DNA from: Mobula hypostoma
Lineage: Eukaryota
NCBI RefSeq assembly: GCF_963921235.1
Contig: NC_086108.1
Location: forward strand, 113,710,001-113,774,000
DNA: 64,000 nt
Direction of reading: 5' to 3'
Position 1 is the stretch's first letter, and each line of letters starts with the position of its first letter. Of this stretch, positions 52,643 to 64,000 are shown piece by piece. The notes beneath the pieces were generated by a model. It ran no database searches and was not told where the DNA came from. It saw only the letters and a program-made list of their open reading frames with translations. Position numbers and translations under genes: made by a program.

Positions 52643-54111
52643 CGGGTTTCCCCCACCATCTGAAGGTAGAGCGTTCCTATGAAATGGTTCGTAAGCCGGA
52701 GTGTCGTAAAGCGAAGAAGCAATTACCATTTATTTATATGGGAAAATTTTGTGAGCGTTCGCAGACCCATAAATAACCTACCAAATCATGCCAAATAACA
52801 CATAAAACCTAAAATAACAGTAACATATAGTAAAAGCAGGAACGATATGATAAATACACAGCCTATATAAAGTAGAAATACTTTTCCACAATCATTGTCG
52901 GCACTGTTCTCTGTAGCGAAAATCTCATGCAAGTGCTCTCGGCAGAAAATCTCACGCAAGCGCTGTTGGCAGAAACACTCTCTCCAGTAACCTTTAAGCT
53001 ATGAAGCTGCCAAATCATACCAAATAACACGTAAAAATACACAGCCAATATAAAGTAGAAATAATGTATGTACAGCGTAGTACCACTTACGGGAATCGGG
53101 AAAACAGCTTGCCGAGCACACTGATGATGGTGTGTTAGACTGAGTCGTCAGAGTTTGGGTGGTGCAGTGGCCCCCACCCCACTGCCAATTGCATCGCCTC
53201 TGATCTGGGCCGACAATTATGTGTCGGGTGGCACCTAATTAATTAGCATGTTTATTTCAGCTTTTTACTTAAAGATGTGCTGTGTGCCTCCCGGCTACCG
53301 CTGCATCCTCCGCGAATCAGTATCTGTCCGCAGCCCGGGGGTTGGGGTGGTGGGACACTGGGGTGTCATCTCATCGTCGTCTGTTTCCATTAGGGCAGGC
53401 AGCTCATCTTCTTCTATGACTGCCTGCCTCGATGTCGAAGGTCGAGGTTCGTCGTCTGCTGTGGCTGATGCGGAAGGCTTGCTTGACTGCTGAGCCTCGC
53501 GCATTTTTCTATCATACAGTTCTTTGTTAGCACTCAAACCATTCTGCAAAAACCCCTAAACCTACGTACCCTTTCAAAATTAAAGTCGTACTTTATCATT
53601 GCAGCGAAAATCTCACGCAGTTGCCTCACGTTCAGTTCGCTACTGCATTCGGTTTCGATTGATATCCTTTCCTCTTCCAATTGCATCAGCTCTTCATCTA
53701 TCAGTTCTTGTTCATGGGCTGCCAAAACCTCTTCAACATCACCTTCATCAACTTCCACAAGCCAAACTCACATTGCCCTTACTTCGTTCACCACGATCAA
53801 AACGCTTAATTATGTCTAGTTTTACGCTAAGTGTAACACCCTTACGAGCTCTTTTAGGCTTTTCCAATACCTTAGAACTCATGTTGCAAACGGCTGCTCA
53901 CAGGCATGTCTTTAAGCAATGCCGGCTAGAATGCCATTCCGAATCGGGGGGAAAGCGGCTGCTCGGGGCACGCGCTGCCCTTTTTTCCCGTGCGCTGCTT
54001 TTTTCCGTAACAGTGAAAACACCTTCTGTTAGCGAAATCAGGTAACTAATGTAGGTCTTTCGTAACAGTGAGGTTTCGTAAAGCAAACGTTCAAAAAGCT
54101 GGGGACTCCTG
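52643..54111 (-). mobile_element. Tigger/pogo-type DNA transposon, internally deleted
   Basis: Ends cgggtttcccc and ggggactcctg, each flanked by TA. C-terminal remnant EVDEGDVEEVLAAHEQELIDEELMQLEE. Confidence 0.82.
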
Positions 54112-54536
54112 TATCCATATCATTGCTGCTCTTGCTTCTGGTTCATTCAATGAGTCCAGATTTTCACAAAGTGTTGCAATAACACTTTCATACTTGTTTG
54201 GGTATTTATGGAAAATGTCCTTTATTACTACAATAGCTTCTTGGACGATGTAGTTTACTTTTGTCTGAATGAGGTCAAGTAGCTTATTCACGCAGTATTC
54301 TGCTGATTGCTCAACTTTGATTGCACATCATCCAATTGCACGTACAGCTTTTCATACAAAGTTTCAGTGGCATACTCCTTCAATTCCGCCAAAACCTGTG
54401 CAATGTTGGCTTGAGAAGCCAATCGAATCACAATATCCAGTTTTTCCAGTTTCACATATATCTTTACAAAGAAAACCTTCATTCAGTACATTCATTTAAG
54501 GCTGTTAAAAGCTTGCTGATTGTCTGAAAATTGAGG
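54112..54536 (-). pseudogene. AP1B1: Processed beta-adaptin (AP1B1-like) cDNA fragment inside the ERV
   Basis: Reads [14 protein letters not shown] / MKVFFVK / [33 protein letters not shown] / [57 protein letters not shown]. Residues MKV, IKD, ESV and PEA favour AP1B1 over AP2B1. No introns; deletions and frameshifts present. Confidence 0.9.
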
Positions 54537-55340
54537 CTCGTTCCACTATGCCAGCTGCTTTTGGATGATGGGTGCAGTGGAACTGTTGTTTTATAGCCAA
54601 CTCCTTGCAAATTTCCTCATTTATTTTGGTAACAAGATGCAGCCTATTGTCCGGGTTTATCATTTCTGGAAGTCCATAGTGAGGAATTATTTCTTTTAGC
54701 AATATTTTCCTAACAGTCACAGCGGTATTGTTAGTTGTAGGAACAGCTTCAATCCATCTGCTAAATACATCTACTATCACTAAGCAATACTTATAACAAT
54801 GTACTCTGGGTAATTCTATAAAATCGAGTTGTAAACGAGAAAAAGCTCCACCAGGCAAGGGGGTAGTTCCAGAAACACAAGGCGTTCCCTTTTCCAGCAC
54901 TTGTTTTTTACAAATTAAATATACTGTGGCTCGTTTTCTGGAAATCAGGGTGTCACCAAGATTGTAATGATGTATTAACCATTCCCTCCTTTCCCAAGTG
55001 TGTACAATTATGTACATAATCTATCAAAATAAGTAAGAACACAGAAGGAACACAGACCTGTCCCGCAGGAGTCACCCATAAATTGGTCTGAGGTTCAAGG
55101 TGGCAACCCATTTGGGACCATAGTTTGCACTCTCCTTCAGGGGCGTCCCTCTTTGAACATATGCATTTCCCCCATATCTGGCATACCCATCCTTAGATTT
55201 TGTGTAATAGGAGCTTACTAGGTTCCCGAGGGGACTAAAAGTGTGGGGTCCAAGGCTGTCCGTTTTGCTGCTGCGCCAGCCGAGCATTACCCTTAAATAT
55301 CTCATCAGGTTCCCCAGTATGGGTTGCACATCTAATAATA

Positions 55341-56766
55341 TTGTATTCAACCTGAGCCTGAGGCTCCGGAGGGTTCCTGTACTGTGGAAGACGTCCTGCC
55401 TCGTCCCTGTGCCAAAGACGCCGCGCCCCAGCGGCCTCAATGACTACAGACCGGTGGCATTGACCTCCCACATCATGAAGACCCTGGAGAGACTTGTTCT
55501 GGAGCTGCTCCGACCTATGATCAGGCCACACTTAGATCCCCTCCAGTTTGCCTACCAGCCCCGACTAGGAGTTGAGGATGCCATCGTCTACCTGCTGAAC
55601 TGTGTCTACGCCCACCTGGACAAGCCAGCGAGCGCTGTGAGGGTCATGTTTTTTGATTTCTCCAGTGCGTTCAACACCATCCACCCTGCTCTGCTGGGGG
55701 AGAAACTGACAGCGATGCAGGTGGATGCTTCCCTGGTATCATGGATGCTTGATTACCTGACTGGCAGACCACAGTACTTGTGCTTGCAACACTGTGTCCG
55801 ACAGAATGATCAGTAGCACTGGGGCTCCACAGGGGACTGTCTTGTCTCCCTTTCTCTTCACCATTTACACCTCTGACTTCAACTACTGCACAGAGTCTTG
55901 TCATCTTCAGAAGTTTTCAGATGACTCTGCCATAGTTGGATGCATCAGCAAGGGAGATGAGGCTGAGTACAAGGCTACGGTAGGAAACATGGTGTGAGCA
56001 GAATTACCTGCAGCTTAATGTGAAAAAGACTAAGGAGCTGGTGGTGGACCTGTAGAGAGCTAAGGTACCGGTGACCCCTGTTTTCATCCGGGGGTCAGTG
56101 TGGACATGGTGGAGGATTACAAATACCTGGGGATACGAATTGACAATAAACTGGACTGGTCAAAGAACACTGAGGCTGTCTACAAGAAGGGTCAGAGCCG
56201 TCTCTATTTCCTGAGGAGACTGAGGTGCTTTAACATCTGCCGGACGATGCTGAGGATGTTCTACGAGTCTGTGGTGGCCAGTGCTATCATGTTTGCTGTT
56301 GTGTGCTGGGGCAGCAGGCTGAGGGTAGCAGACACCAACAGAATCAACAAACTCATTCGTAATGCCAGTGATGGGAATGGAACTGGATTCTCTCACGGTG
56401 GTGTCTGAAAAGAGGATGCTGTCTAAATTGCATGCCATCTTGGACAATGTCTCCCATCCACTACATAATGTACTGGGTGGGCACAGGAGTACATTCAGCC
56501 AGAGACTCATTCCACCGAGATGCAACACAGAGTGTCACAGGAAGTCATTCCTGCCTGTGGCCATCAAACTTTACAACTCCTCCCTTGGAGGGTCAGACAC
56601 CCTGAGCCAATAGGCTGGTCCTGGACTTATTTCATAATTTACTGGCATAATTTACATATTACTATTTAACTATTTATGGTTTTATTACTATTTATTATTT
56701 ATGGTGTAACTGTAACGAAAAACTAATTTCCCCCGGGATCAATAAAGTATGACTATGACTATGACT
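55341..56766 (+). mobile_element. Rex1/Babar-type LINE, 5'-truncated, inserted in the ERV RNase H
   Basis: Near-identical to 28809-30237. (tatgac)n tail. taata at both junctions. Confidence 0.9.
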
Positions 56767-59700
56767 AATAGCCAAAACTCAAGGTAGCTGTAGAGCAGTG
56801 AGTAAGTTGTTTACAAAGTGGGGGGGAGGGGAGCAGAGGAAGTCAGGAATCCCCAAGGTTCTGTAGTCAGGTCATAACTGGCATAATGTAAAGGTCCACA
56901 CTTTAATCTGTTAGAGATTTCTTTTCCACAGGCTTTTTCATTTTAAAATTCGAAACATTAATCAAAGAGGATTCCAGTTTAGGCTTGTACTTTTGGCTCC
57001 TCCCCTGAAGCCCTCATTCAGGCCCTTTTTATTTTGTTCCAAATAGTTGTGGACTCCCTCTTCAAAGTCATCTTCATTTATGACTTTGCGTTTTTTTTAA
57101 GGTCTTCTACAAAGAATTGGTTCTGTGGTGGATTCTTCAAAATCACAACTGAGTAGTCTGTTGCTAGGATACAGGCATGAGTCAGGGCAAGTAGCTCAGC
57201 TTTCTGGGTGGAGACAGCTGCTGCAAAGGAGACTTGCTCAATTCCTTCACTGTCGTCACTTATCGCATAGCCAGAACATCATTTACCTGCTGTATCCACA
57301 AAAGAGCTTCCATCCTCATAAAATGTTGCCTCGGGCTTGAGGGGGTATTGCGGAAGGAATGAGAGAGTCTGTCCTTCTTTCACGGTGATCCAGACCGGGG
57401 GGGGGGGGGGGGTGCAGTTGGTGTGACCGACTTCATGGCCTGAAATTGCCCAGAGATGGGGTACAACCTCTTGGGTTTGGTCAATATTAAAAGAGTGTCT
57501 TACCAGATGTCCAGTCTTCACCTTTGACTCCTTCCAGTATTGGAGTTGGCCCGTGGCCAAGTCTTGCCAGTCTCTCTCGGTGCTGTAGGTTTGTTTTGTC
57601 AGCGTGTAGGCAAGGAACCCTAGGCTCTTTGGCATAAACCCAGGGCGAATCCTAACAGTGGTATGGGAAACTACCAGTCCTGTCTGTCGCCAAAGGGAAT
57701 CTGGAACTTCAGCTAGTAATGCACTGCCCTCTTTTCCTTTAACCTCTCCAAACACTGTGACTGGGAACTTCTATCCCTCGAGGGGTGCATAATATTGGCT
57801 TTCCTCAGTGGCTCACCCGTAGGGTCATAGCACAGGGTCACATGGGAGGCGACAGCTGGCAGTGGGAGCTCAAACGAAGAGGAGCCCACCACTGGGAGGG
57901 GGTTGGTAACTGATGAAGCTGTCGGTTGTTCACTAGTCCCACGGTGATACCCTTGTCTGTGCTTAGAATCTCGACTTCCAACAGACAGAGCAAGTCTCAC
58001 TCTGCTAGATTACCCCCATACTGGTGGTGGCTGTAAATGAAGCCTCACACTGGGTCCTCCTGGAATTTCAAGTGCGTTCCGTGCTTCAGTTCCCATTTCT
58101 GATCCCCAGATATATCCTGCTCGCGTCCTTCTTCCCGCTAAACATATTCACCTTTAATATTAGTTCCCTTCTGGGTTGATCGGGATTTGAAAGCCAGGTC
58201 CCAGTAATATGTCAAAGCTCGTCGCATTTGATTTTGGCCATTGCCAGGCCAATCCATATTATTGGTTTTAATCATGTTGGCTAACTTAATTGGTAAGCAT
58301 TGAAGCAGTAGGGCATTAAACTGGGGGGACGGATTCCCATTATTTGAAGGCTTGGTCTCCTGCGAAAGTGCTGTAGCAGGCCACAAATCGCTCCTGATTT
58401 CTCAGGCTAAGGTTTGCATTCAAGTACTTTAGTGATATTTACAGGCTGTTGGAGAGCCCTCTCCAAGGCTTGAATAATCTGGTCTGTCTGTTCATTCTCA
58501 TTATGGATTCCCGCCTGTAACTCCTGATAGGTTTCGTATCTTAATTCTGCCTTCCATTTCTGCCCCTCATCAGCTGAGAGAATCATGCTGCAGAGACCGA
58601 ATAAATCTTGCTCGGTCGCATTGTACACATGTAGAGTACTGCGGACATATTGAGCAAACTGTGCTGGTTGTTCTTTTCTGTCTGGGGCCTGATTTATGAT
58701 CATTACCAGTTCTTGAGGCTTCCAGGGTGCATACACAGGAATTACTGAGGGCTGTCACTCCTCGGCTGCTCGTGGACTGGGCAGCATTCAGGTGGGCAAT
58801 TGTCTTTGTGGAGCCATTAACTCTGGGGTTTTTATTGGATTCTTTCCTCCCAGTCTCAGAATAATCCTCGGTATTCCCTTCCTGGATCTCAGAGTATAGA
58901 CAGCCTCCCCTTCCCTGCCGCTGCTGTTATACCCGAGCAGCCATTGTATCTAAGTACTGGGAGGATTAGGGATCGGGAGCACTGGGTGCACTTGGCCCCT
59001 GGTAAGTTGGGGGATATGGTGGGTGCCCAATCCTCATCGCGGTCACTGTCCTCAAATAGGGTCAGTATGCCAGACATGGGTTCGGGATCCCATATTGGCC
59101 CTAGATCTCGCGCGCGGCACTGCCAAATTTAAAACTTCCTGTATGTCCATATCTGCCTTTGCCTGCTTTCTTTGTTTCTCATTCTCTCTTTCTTCTCCCT
59201 TCTACCCATTCGCACTGCCTTTAATGTTTCCCGACTCTGGGGATTTCTTTCTGTCGTACATACCGCGACACCCCTTTATCATGGGCATTGTTCCTCCAAC
59301 TGGCCAGTAAAGTACTATTCCATTTGGTATCAGCTTTATCTTTTCATTCTTAAATCAATAATTTCCACTTTTTACCGCAATTCTTTTTCCAAATTAAATT
59401 TACTGCTTGTTCACAAGAGGTTATGTCCTAAGTTCCCCCTAATGGCCACACAGCCTTTCCCAGTTTCTTAATCAGTGCTGCACTTAACATCCAGAGATCC
59501 TTTTCCTCATCTGGCTTTTGTTCACACATAGACTGCAAGGGAGTTCCCTTTGCCTGCTGCATCCAAAGTCTGCCCCATCCTGTGCTGATTATACAGCTTA
59601 ATCAACCAGGCTAGAGACCCGTTGCCCAATTAACTCAGTCGACTCAATCGACCAGGCCAAGGACCTGTTGACCAATTATACAAATAGACCGGGCCCTTTC

Positions 59701-59814
59701 CTTGCCCGTTACCCAATTAGTTAAGTTGACTCAATTATACAGTTCAATTGACCAGGTCAGAGACCTATTGCCCAATTCTTCAGCACTGCAGACTTTAACA
59801 CATACAAAACAACT

Positions 59815-59823
59815 GCTTACCTT
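59815..59823 (-). promoter_or_regulatory. Putative major splice donor in the ERV leader
   Basis: AAG|GTAAGC consensus between the PBS and the gag ATG. Confidence 0.5.
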
Positions 59824-60013
59824 ATTCTCCTGGTCTGGTGGTTCGCTGGATTCTGCCAAGGTACAGGTTCCTCGGGGCAAGGGGCAGGAGTTTTCTGAAT
59901 GAGTGGAAGGGATGGTCAGAGGTAAAACACCTCGGGGCGCCCTACTGCCCGCTTACACTCACCCGGAATCCCCCGTCACTTATTCAGCCCGTAGGGACTT
60001 TCCCTATGTTGGG

Positions 60014-60031
60014 ATCCGAGTCACGGCACCA
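60014..60031 (-). promoter_or_regulatory. Primer binding site, tRNA-His
   Basis: TGGTGCCGTGACTCGGAT, 2 nt downstream of the 5' LTR, complementary to the tRNA-His 3' end. Confidence 0.92.
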
Positions 60032-60134
60032 AATGTAAACTTAAATTTTGCCGGACCAAATAATCACACCACACACAAGTCTTTACTTTAACTTTTTCAC
60101 TAGTTTATTGTTCAAGCTCAGCCGGCGAGAAAAA

Positions 60135-60838
60135 TCCTCCCGGGAGGGGGGAGAAGATGGCAGTGTGACAACAGTGGCCGCAGCCACTTCGGTGATGTCT
60201 ATCTGTTATCTGTCAAGTAGAGGACCGTGCACAATTCTGATTTGACAAAGACAGATGTGAGAGCATAGCGGAACATCTGGAAAACTGCTGAAATGCCCGC
60301 TTCACTGCCGCTGCTACTGTGTGGTAACCGGAATCTCTGGAGCTGAAGGCCCCGAAATCCTCAGCTTTGCGTGTTTCAGCGGCCAGGGAGAGGTCGAAGG
60401 CGCTCGGCAGAGGATAGCGCACGGGAGGCTGTATCGGAAAGGCTGGTCAGAAGCTGAAAGTTTTCGGACGGATGGACTCAGTGTCGGCTGGGATCGGCTG
60501 CTTCCAAGGTATCGGCAAGTTGACGGTGCCTGGAGGTTTATGGCAGGGACTTTCTCCCTTTTGCCACCTGCTATCGGGGACTCGGGAGTTGATCGACTCG
60601 GGACTTTGAGACTATTTTTTTACTGTGCCCATGATCTGTTCTTTATCAAATTATGGTATTGCTTTTCACTGCTGTGACTATATGTTATAATTATATGGTT
60701 CTGTCAGTGTTAGTCTGTGTTAGTCTTTGGTCTGTCCTGTTTTCTGTGATATCACTCCGGGGACACATTGTATCATTTCTTAATGCATGTATGTATTTCT
60801 AAATGACAATAAAAGAGGACTGAGTGTTCTCATAATCT
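60135..60838 (+). mobile_element. Non-coding LINE-dependent insertion of about 700 bp in the ERV 5' LTR
   Basis: Absent from the other LTR, which reads cggcgagaaaactcgaag uninterrupted. GC-rich 5' end with aagatggc; 3' tgacaataaa...aatct tail. Flanked by A runs. Confidence 0.75.
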
Positions 60839-61407
60839 AAAACTTGAAGCCAAACATCAAAGAGACAGAGTTTCTACCTGTCTCTCTGGCGGCTCAAACG
60901 AGCTTCTGATTTAAAAAGCTGGAATGCTACAACTTATAGGACTAACAGACAAAGAACACTTCGTTACCATGATATTCTTGCCAAGTTAGTTAGAACAAAC
61001 TTAATTAGATAAGAGAGTACACTAAATCATGGGTTTTAATTACAGACAAATTCTTGCCTTATCAGTAAAACTTGAATAGACAAAGGGTGGGAACATAGAT
61101 CAATATGTGAACTCATAAGACATGATGTATGCAGCATATGTGAATACAGCCCACAGATTGTTCTCAAAGCGTTCACTCAGCTGCGAGTTGTTAAAAAAAA
61201 CACTGAAGCCAGTTTTTTTTTCAGTCAAGGACAGTCTCTCCAACTTTTCACAGAACAGAGCATACACAAGCTAGCACTTAATTTTAACCCGCTATTTACC
61301 AGAATCAGAGAATCATTTCTTACTTTCCCAACACCCTTAACCTTCATCAGAACCACCTGTGAAGCCGGTATATCCCTCTTTAAGTAAGGAGACTATAACT
61401 GCATACA

Positions 61408-63672
61408 TATAGGCAGCCTTAAGCATCTGGGGGCCCATTTCAAGAGTTAATGTGGGGCCCTATCCCAGCTTCCCAAAAAAAAAGAAAGAAAAAAAGCGAA
61501 TATTCAAGTTGGTTTGCATCAATAATGGTATAATTTCGGACTTAAATGTTGATGCATTAAATGCACTTTGAGCATAATGGACAGACAGCTCAACATAATC
61601 CAAACAAATTCTCTTCATTAAAAACTGAAACAATGACATTTTTTTTTGCTTTGGAGTGAGAAACTTTGCCCTTTTCAGCAACTAGTCTGCATTGCATAGC
61701 TCTATGTGTTAGCTATTAGCCAACGTAGAACAGCTTAAACAATTTCCCTCTAATTAAATTACTAACAAAAGCAATGTCATAGTTAATGAAAATTCACACT
61801 TTATTTATTCAATGAACAGTGTCTGAAAGTTAACTACTGGAAGTTTACAACAAACTGCGTCTCGTGCTCTTTCAGCACCACGGACAGCTCACGTAAGGCC
61901 TGCAGAGTGAACAGGAGGAGAATAAGAGAGAGGGGACACAAGCAGGAGTCAGAAGTTACGATTTGTGGAAACGCCGCCTAATCGCCTATACACATTTTGA
62001 GTGAAATACGTGGTTTATTTTATTATTTCAATTATAAACTTTATTTCTGCTAAAAATGTGTTAAAAGACTTAGCACTAGAACTTCACCACCCTCCTGTGC
62101 TTGAGTGCTGAGGATACTTTAATGAGCTCATCTTTGTCCAGCGATCTTGTTATTTCATGCTCAATTGATATCTGAGCAAGAGCTGACAGATGCTCCTGGA
62201 GCATCGTTGTCATCAGATGCATTTTGATGAGCTTTAGCCTCGAAAAACTTCTCTCTCCGCAGTAGCTCCGACATTTACTTGGCATGTGACAATGTGCAGT
62301 GTCAGAGAGCTGCTCTATGTGTGCAGCGTCAGTGGTGCAGTCCATTATCACCAAGTAGTAACGTGATTGTTTTACTGTCTCTGTTATCACTTCCAGTGTC
62401 TTGTCTCCAATAAGTGTGATTAACTCATTTTGTATGGTTTTCCCCATGTAGTGGTCAGCAATCTCTTTTTTCTCTGCTCATCTAACATGTTCGCTCATCA
62501 CTGGGTCGAACCCAGCAAGCAGCTCCACCAGACCTAGAAAGTTCCCATTATTTGGTTCATGTAGGGTGGAATTGTGGCCACGGAAAGCAAGGTTTCATTC
62601 TGCAAGGTGACAGACTATGGCAACGAACCTCTTCATGACATCATTCCAGTGTTTTTTTTCCCCAGCATTTGCATTTCTTGGTACGTGCTGTCAATGGCAC
62701 TGTGCGTTCTTAAGCGTGTTTCCGGCTCGCGCCAGCTATCCATGTTGGCACGGTGCGCATTTGACTTCTCATGATCCTGGAGTATGAGAGTGAGTCGCTC
62801 CCACACTCTGAAACCTCCGCAAGTGAGACTGTGATTTCGCTTGCCAAATAGGGTACAGCAGAAACAGAAGATTGAATCAGATGATTCTGAGTACACTAAC
62901 CATGACCTACGAATGGTTTCTCCATTTTTCATCTTCATAAAGTATCTGTCCTTGGTAAAACGACGGCATGACTGGCTCTGTGGAAAGTCAATGTCCTCTA
63001 ACTGAACAGGACCTCTCCTAACAATGGCCAACATGCCAGATCAGTCTCTGTGAACGTTAGTGCGGCTTTCTCTCTGCCTGGCGTGCTGGTGGCGGCATCT
63101 CCCTCACCTGTCTCAGTTGTAGGACTGTCATCATGCTGTGGTGCTTGTTCATCAAACAAAGTTTGGTCATCATTATCACCATCTGTTTGAGTAGAATTGT
63201 TCTTCTCATTTTCATTGCTCTGATTATGAACATCTCCTATACCGCTTACACTGTCACTTGGCACTGCAGCCCCAAGCTGTGACGATGGTGCAGCAGCAAC
63301 TGCAGTCAGTGGGCCTTTTACAGATGCTGCACCAAAGAAAGATGTAACTTTTGGGAGACTATTTAGACATTTTGTTTTGTTGTCTAATATTTTCCGTTTT
63401 TCAGCACCACTAGGATAGGAGCATTTCATTTTCCTCTCACTGAAAAGTAGCCTTTTCTGCCAGGAGCAATGTTTACAAGTGAAGTAAATATTTTAATGTA
63501 TTTTCTCAGATGTCAGTCAGCGAGTACCCACTGGTGGTTTGGCTGGCAATAGCAAGAGAATATTGTGGTGGCTGGGAGCTGTGCATTAAATTTTTGCATG
63601 TCAGTCGGGGGCCCCTGGGAGGGCGGGGCCCGTTTCAGTTGAAATGGGTGAAACATAGCTAAGGCCACCATA
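61408..63672 (-). mobile_element. hAT (Tip100/ZMYM1-like) transposon, internally deleted
   Basis: YPSGAEKRK start, TTF-type RSWLVYS..IFCFCC, IQNELI, IMDCTTD and ERSFSRLKLIK motifs. Imperfect TIRs. TSD TGCATACA/TGCATGCA inside a CR1. Confidence 0.88.
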
Positions 63673-64000
63673 TGCATGCAATACTCCAGGTGCAGCCTCA
63701 CCAGTACCCTGTACAGTTACACCATAACCTCCCTGCTCTTAAATTCAATTCCTCTAGCAATGAAGGCCAACATTCCATTTCCCTTCTTGATAGCCTGCTG
63801 CACCTGCAAACCAACATTTTGTGATGCATACACAAGCACTCCCAAGTCCCACTGCACAGCAGCGTGCTGCAATTTTTTACCATTTAAATAATAATCTGCT
63901 CTTTCATCTTTCCTTGCAAAGTGGATGACCTCACATTTACTAACATTGTACTCCATCTGCCAGACCCTTGCCCACTCACTTAACCTATCTATATCTCTCT
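63673..64000 (-). mobile_element. CR1 RT fragment
   Basis: MEYNVSKCEVIHF...GMLAFIARGIEFK. Confidence 0.88.

Larger units (their letters stand above)
52362..61349 (-). mobile_element. Defective endogenous retrovirus (class I, gamma/epsilon-like); 5' LTR 60034-61349, partial 3' LTR 52362-52642
   Basis: TG...CA termini with a 4-bp TSD GAAC (52358-52361, 61350-61353). Perfect His PBS. Gag MGQTLD start at 59578 and capsid-like YAPWKPQEL. RNase H and integrase remnants (LQLDFIEL, VDVFSRWIEAVP). Confidence 0.92.

Noticed and set aside
54091..54482. Beta-adaptin ORFs as exons of a real nested gene
   Set aside because: No splice sites, internal deletions and frameshifts, and bounded by integrase and Tigger sequence.
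57397..57412. Poly-G run as a regulatory G-quadruplex
   Set aside because: A homopolymer expansion inside a dead ERV pol, with unreliable length. A similar run occurs at about 6369-6379.
62076..63429. ZMYM1-like host zinc-finger gene
   Set aside because: Frameshifted and deleted, and enclosed by TIRs and an 8-bp TSD, so it is a hAT transposon.

Overview
Vertebrate genomic DNA, most likely a cartilaginous fish (inferred from the CR1, V-SINE, Penelope and Rex repeat set, not proven). The whole window lies inside the meiotic gene MSH4 on the minus strand. Five internal coding exons (173, 68, 75, 65 and 170 bp) have canonical GT-AG borders and splice into one open frame. The introns are mostly nested transposable elements: CR1 and Rex/Babar-type LINEs, three Gypsy elements plus a solo LTR, hAT, Tc1 and Tigger DNA transposons, SINEs, and Penelope-like elements (PLEs) carrying minimal hammerhead ribozyme motifs. 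The most notable items are: (1) a defective gamma/epsilon-like endogenous retrovirus (52362-61349, tRNA-His PBS, GAAC TSD) in which a same-sense, intronless AP1B1 (beta-adaptin) cDNA fragment replaces the end of integrase and env, a candidate retroviral gene capture; (2) a Gypsy element whose PBS position is a perfect 15-nt complement of its own LTR, a candidate for tRNA-independent self-priming; (3) a hammerhead-bearing PLE and short fold-back derivatives with 13-16 bp TSDs; (4) a roughly 420-bp palindrome centred on a (CA)n/(TG)n junction. All family assignments come from recognition by eye; no database searches were run.
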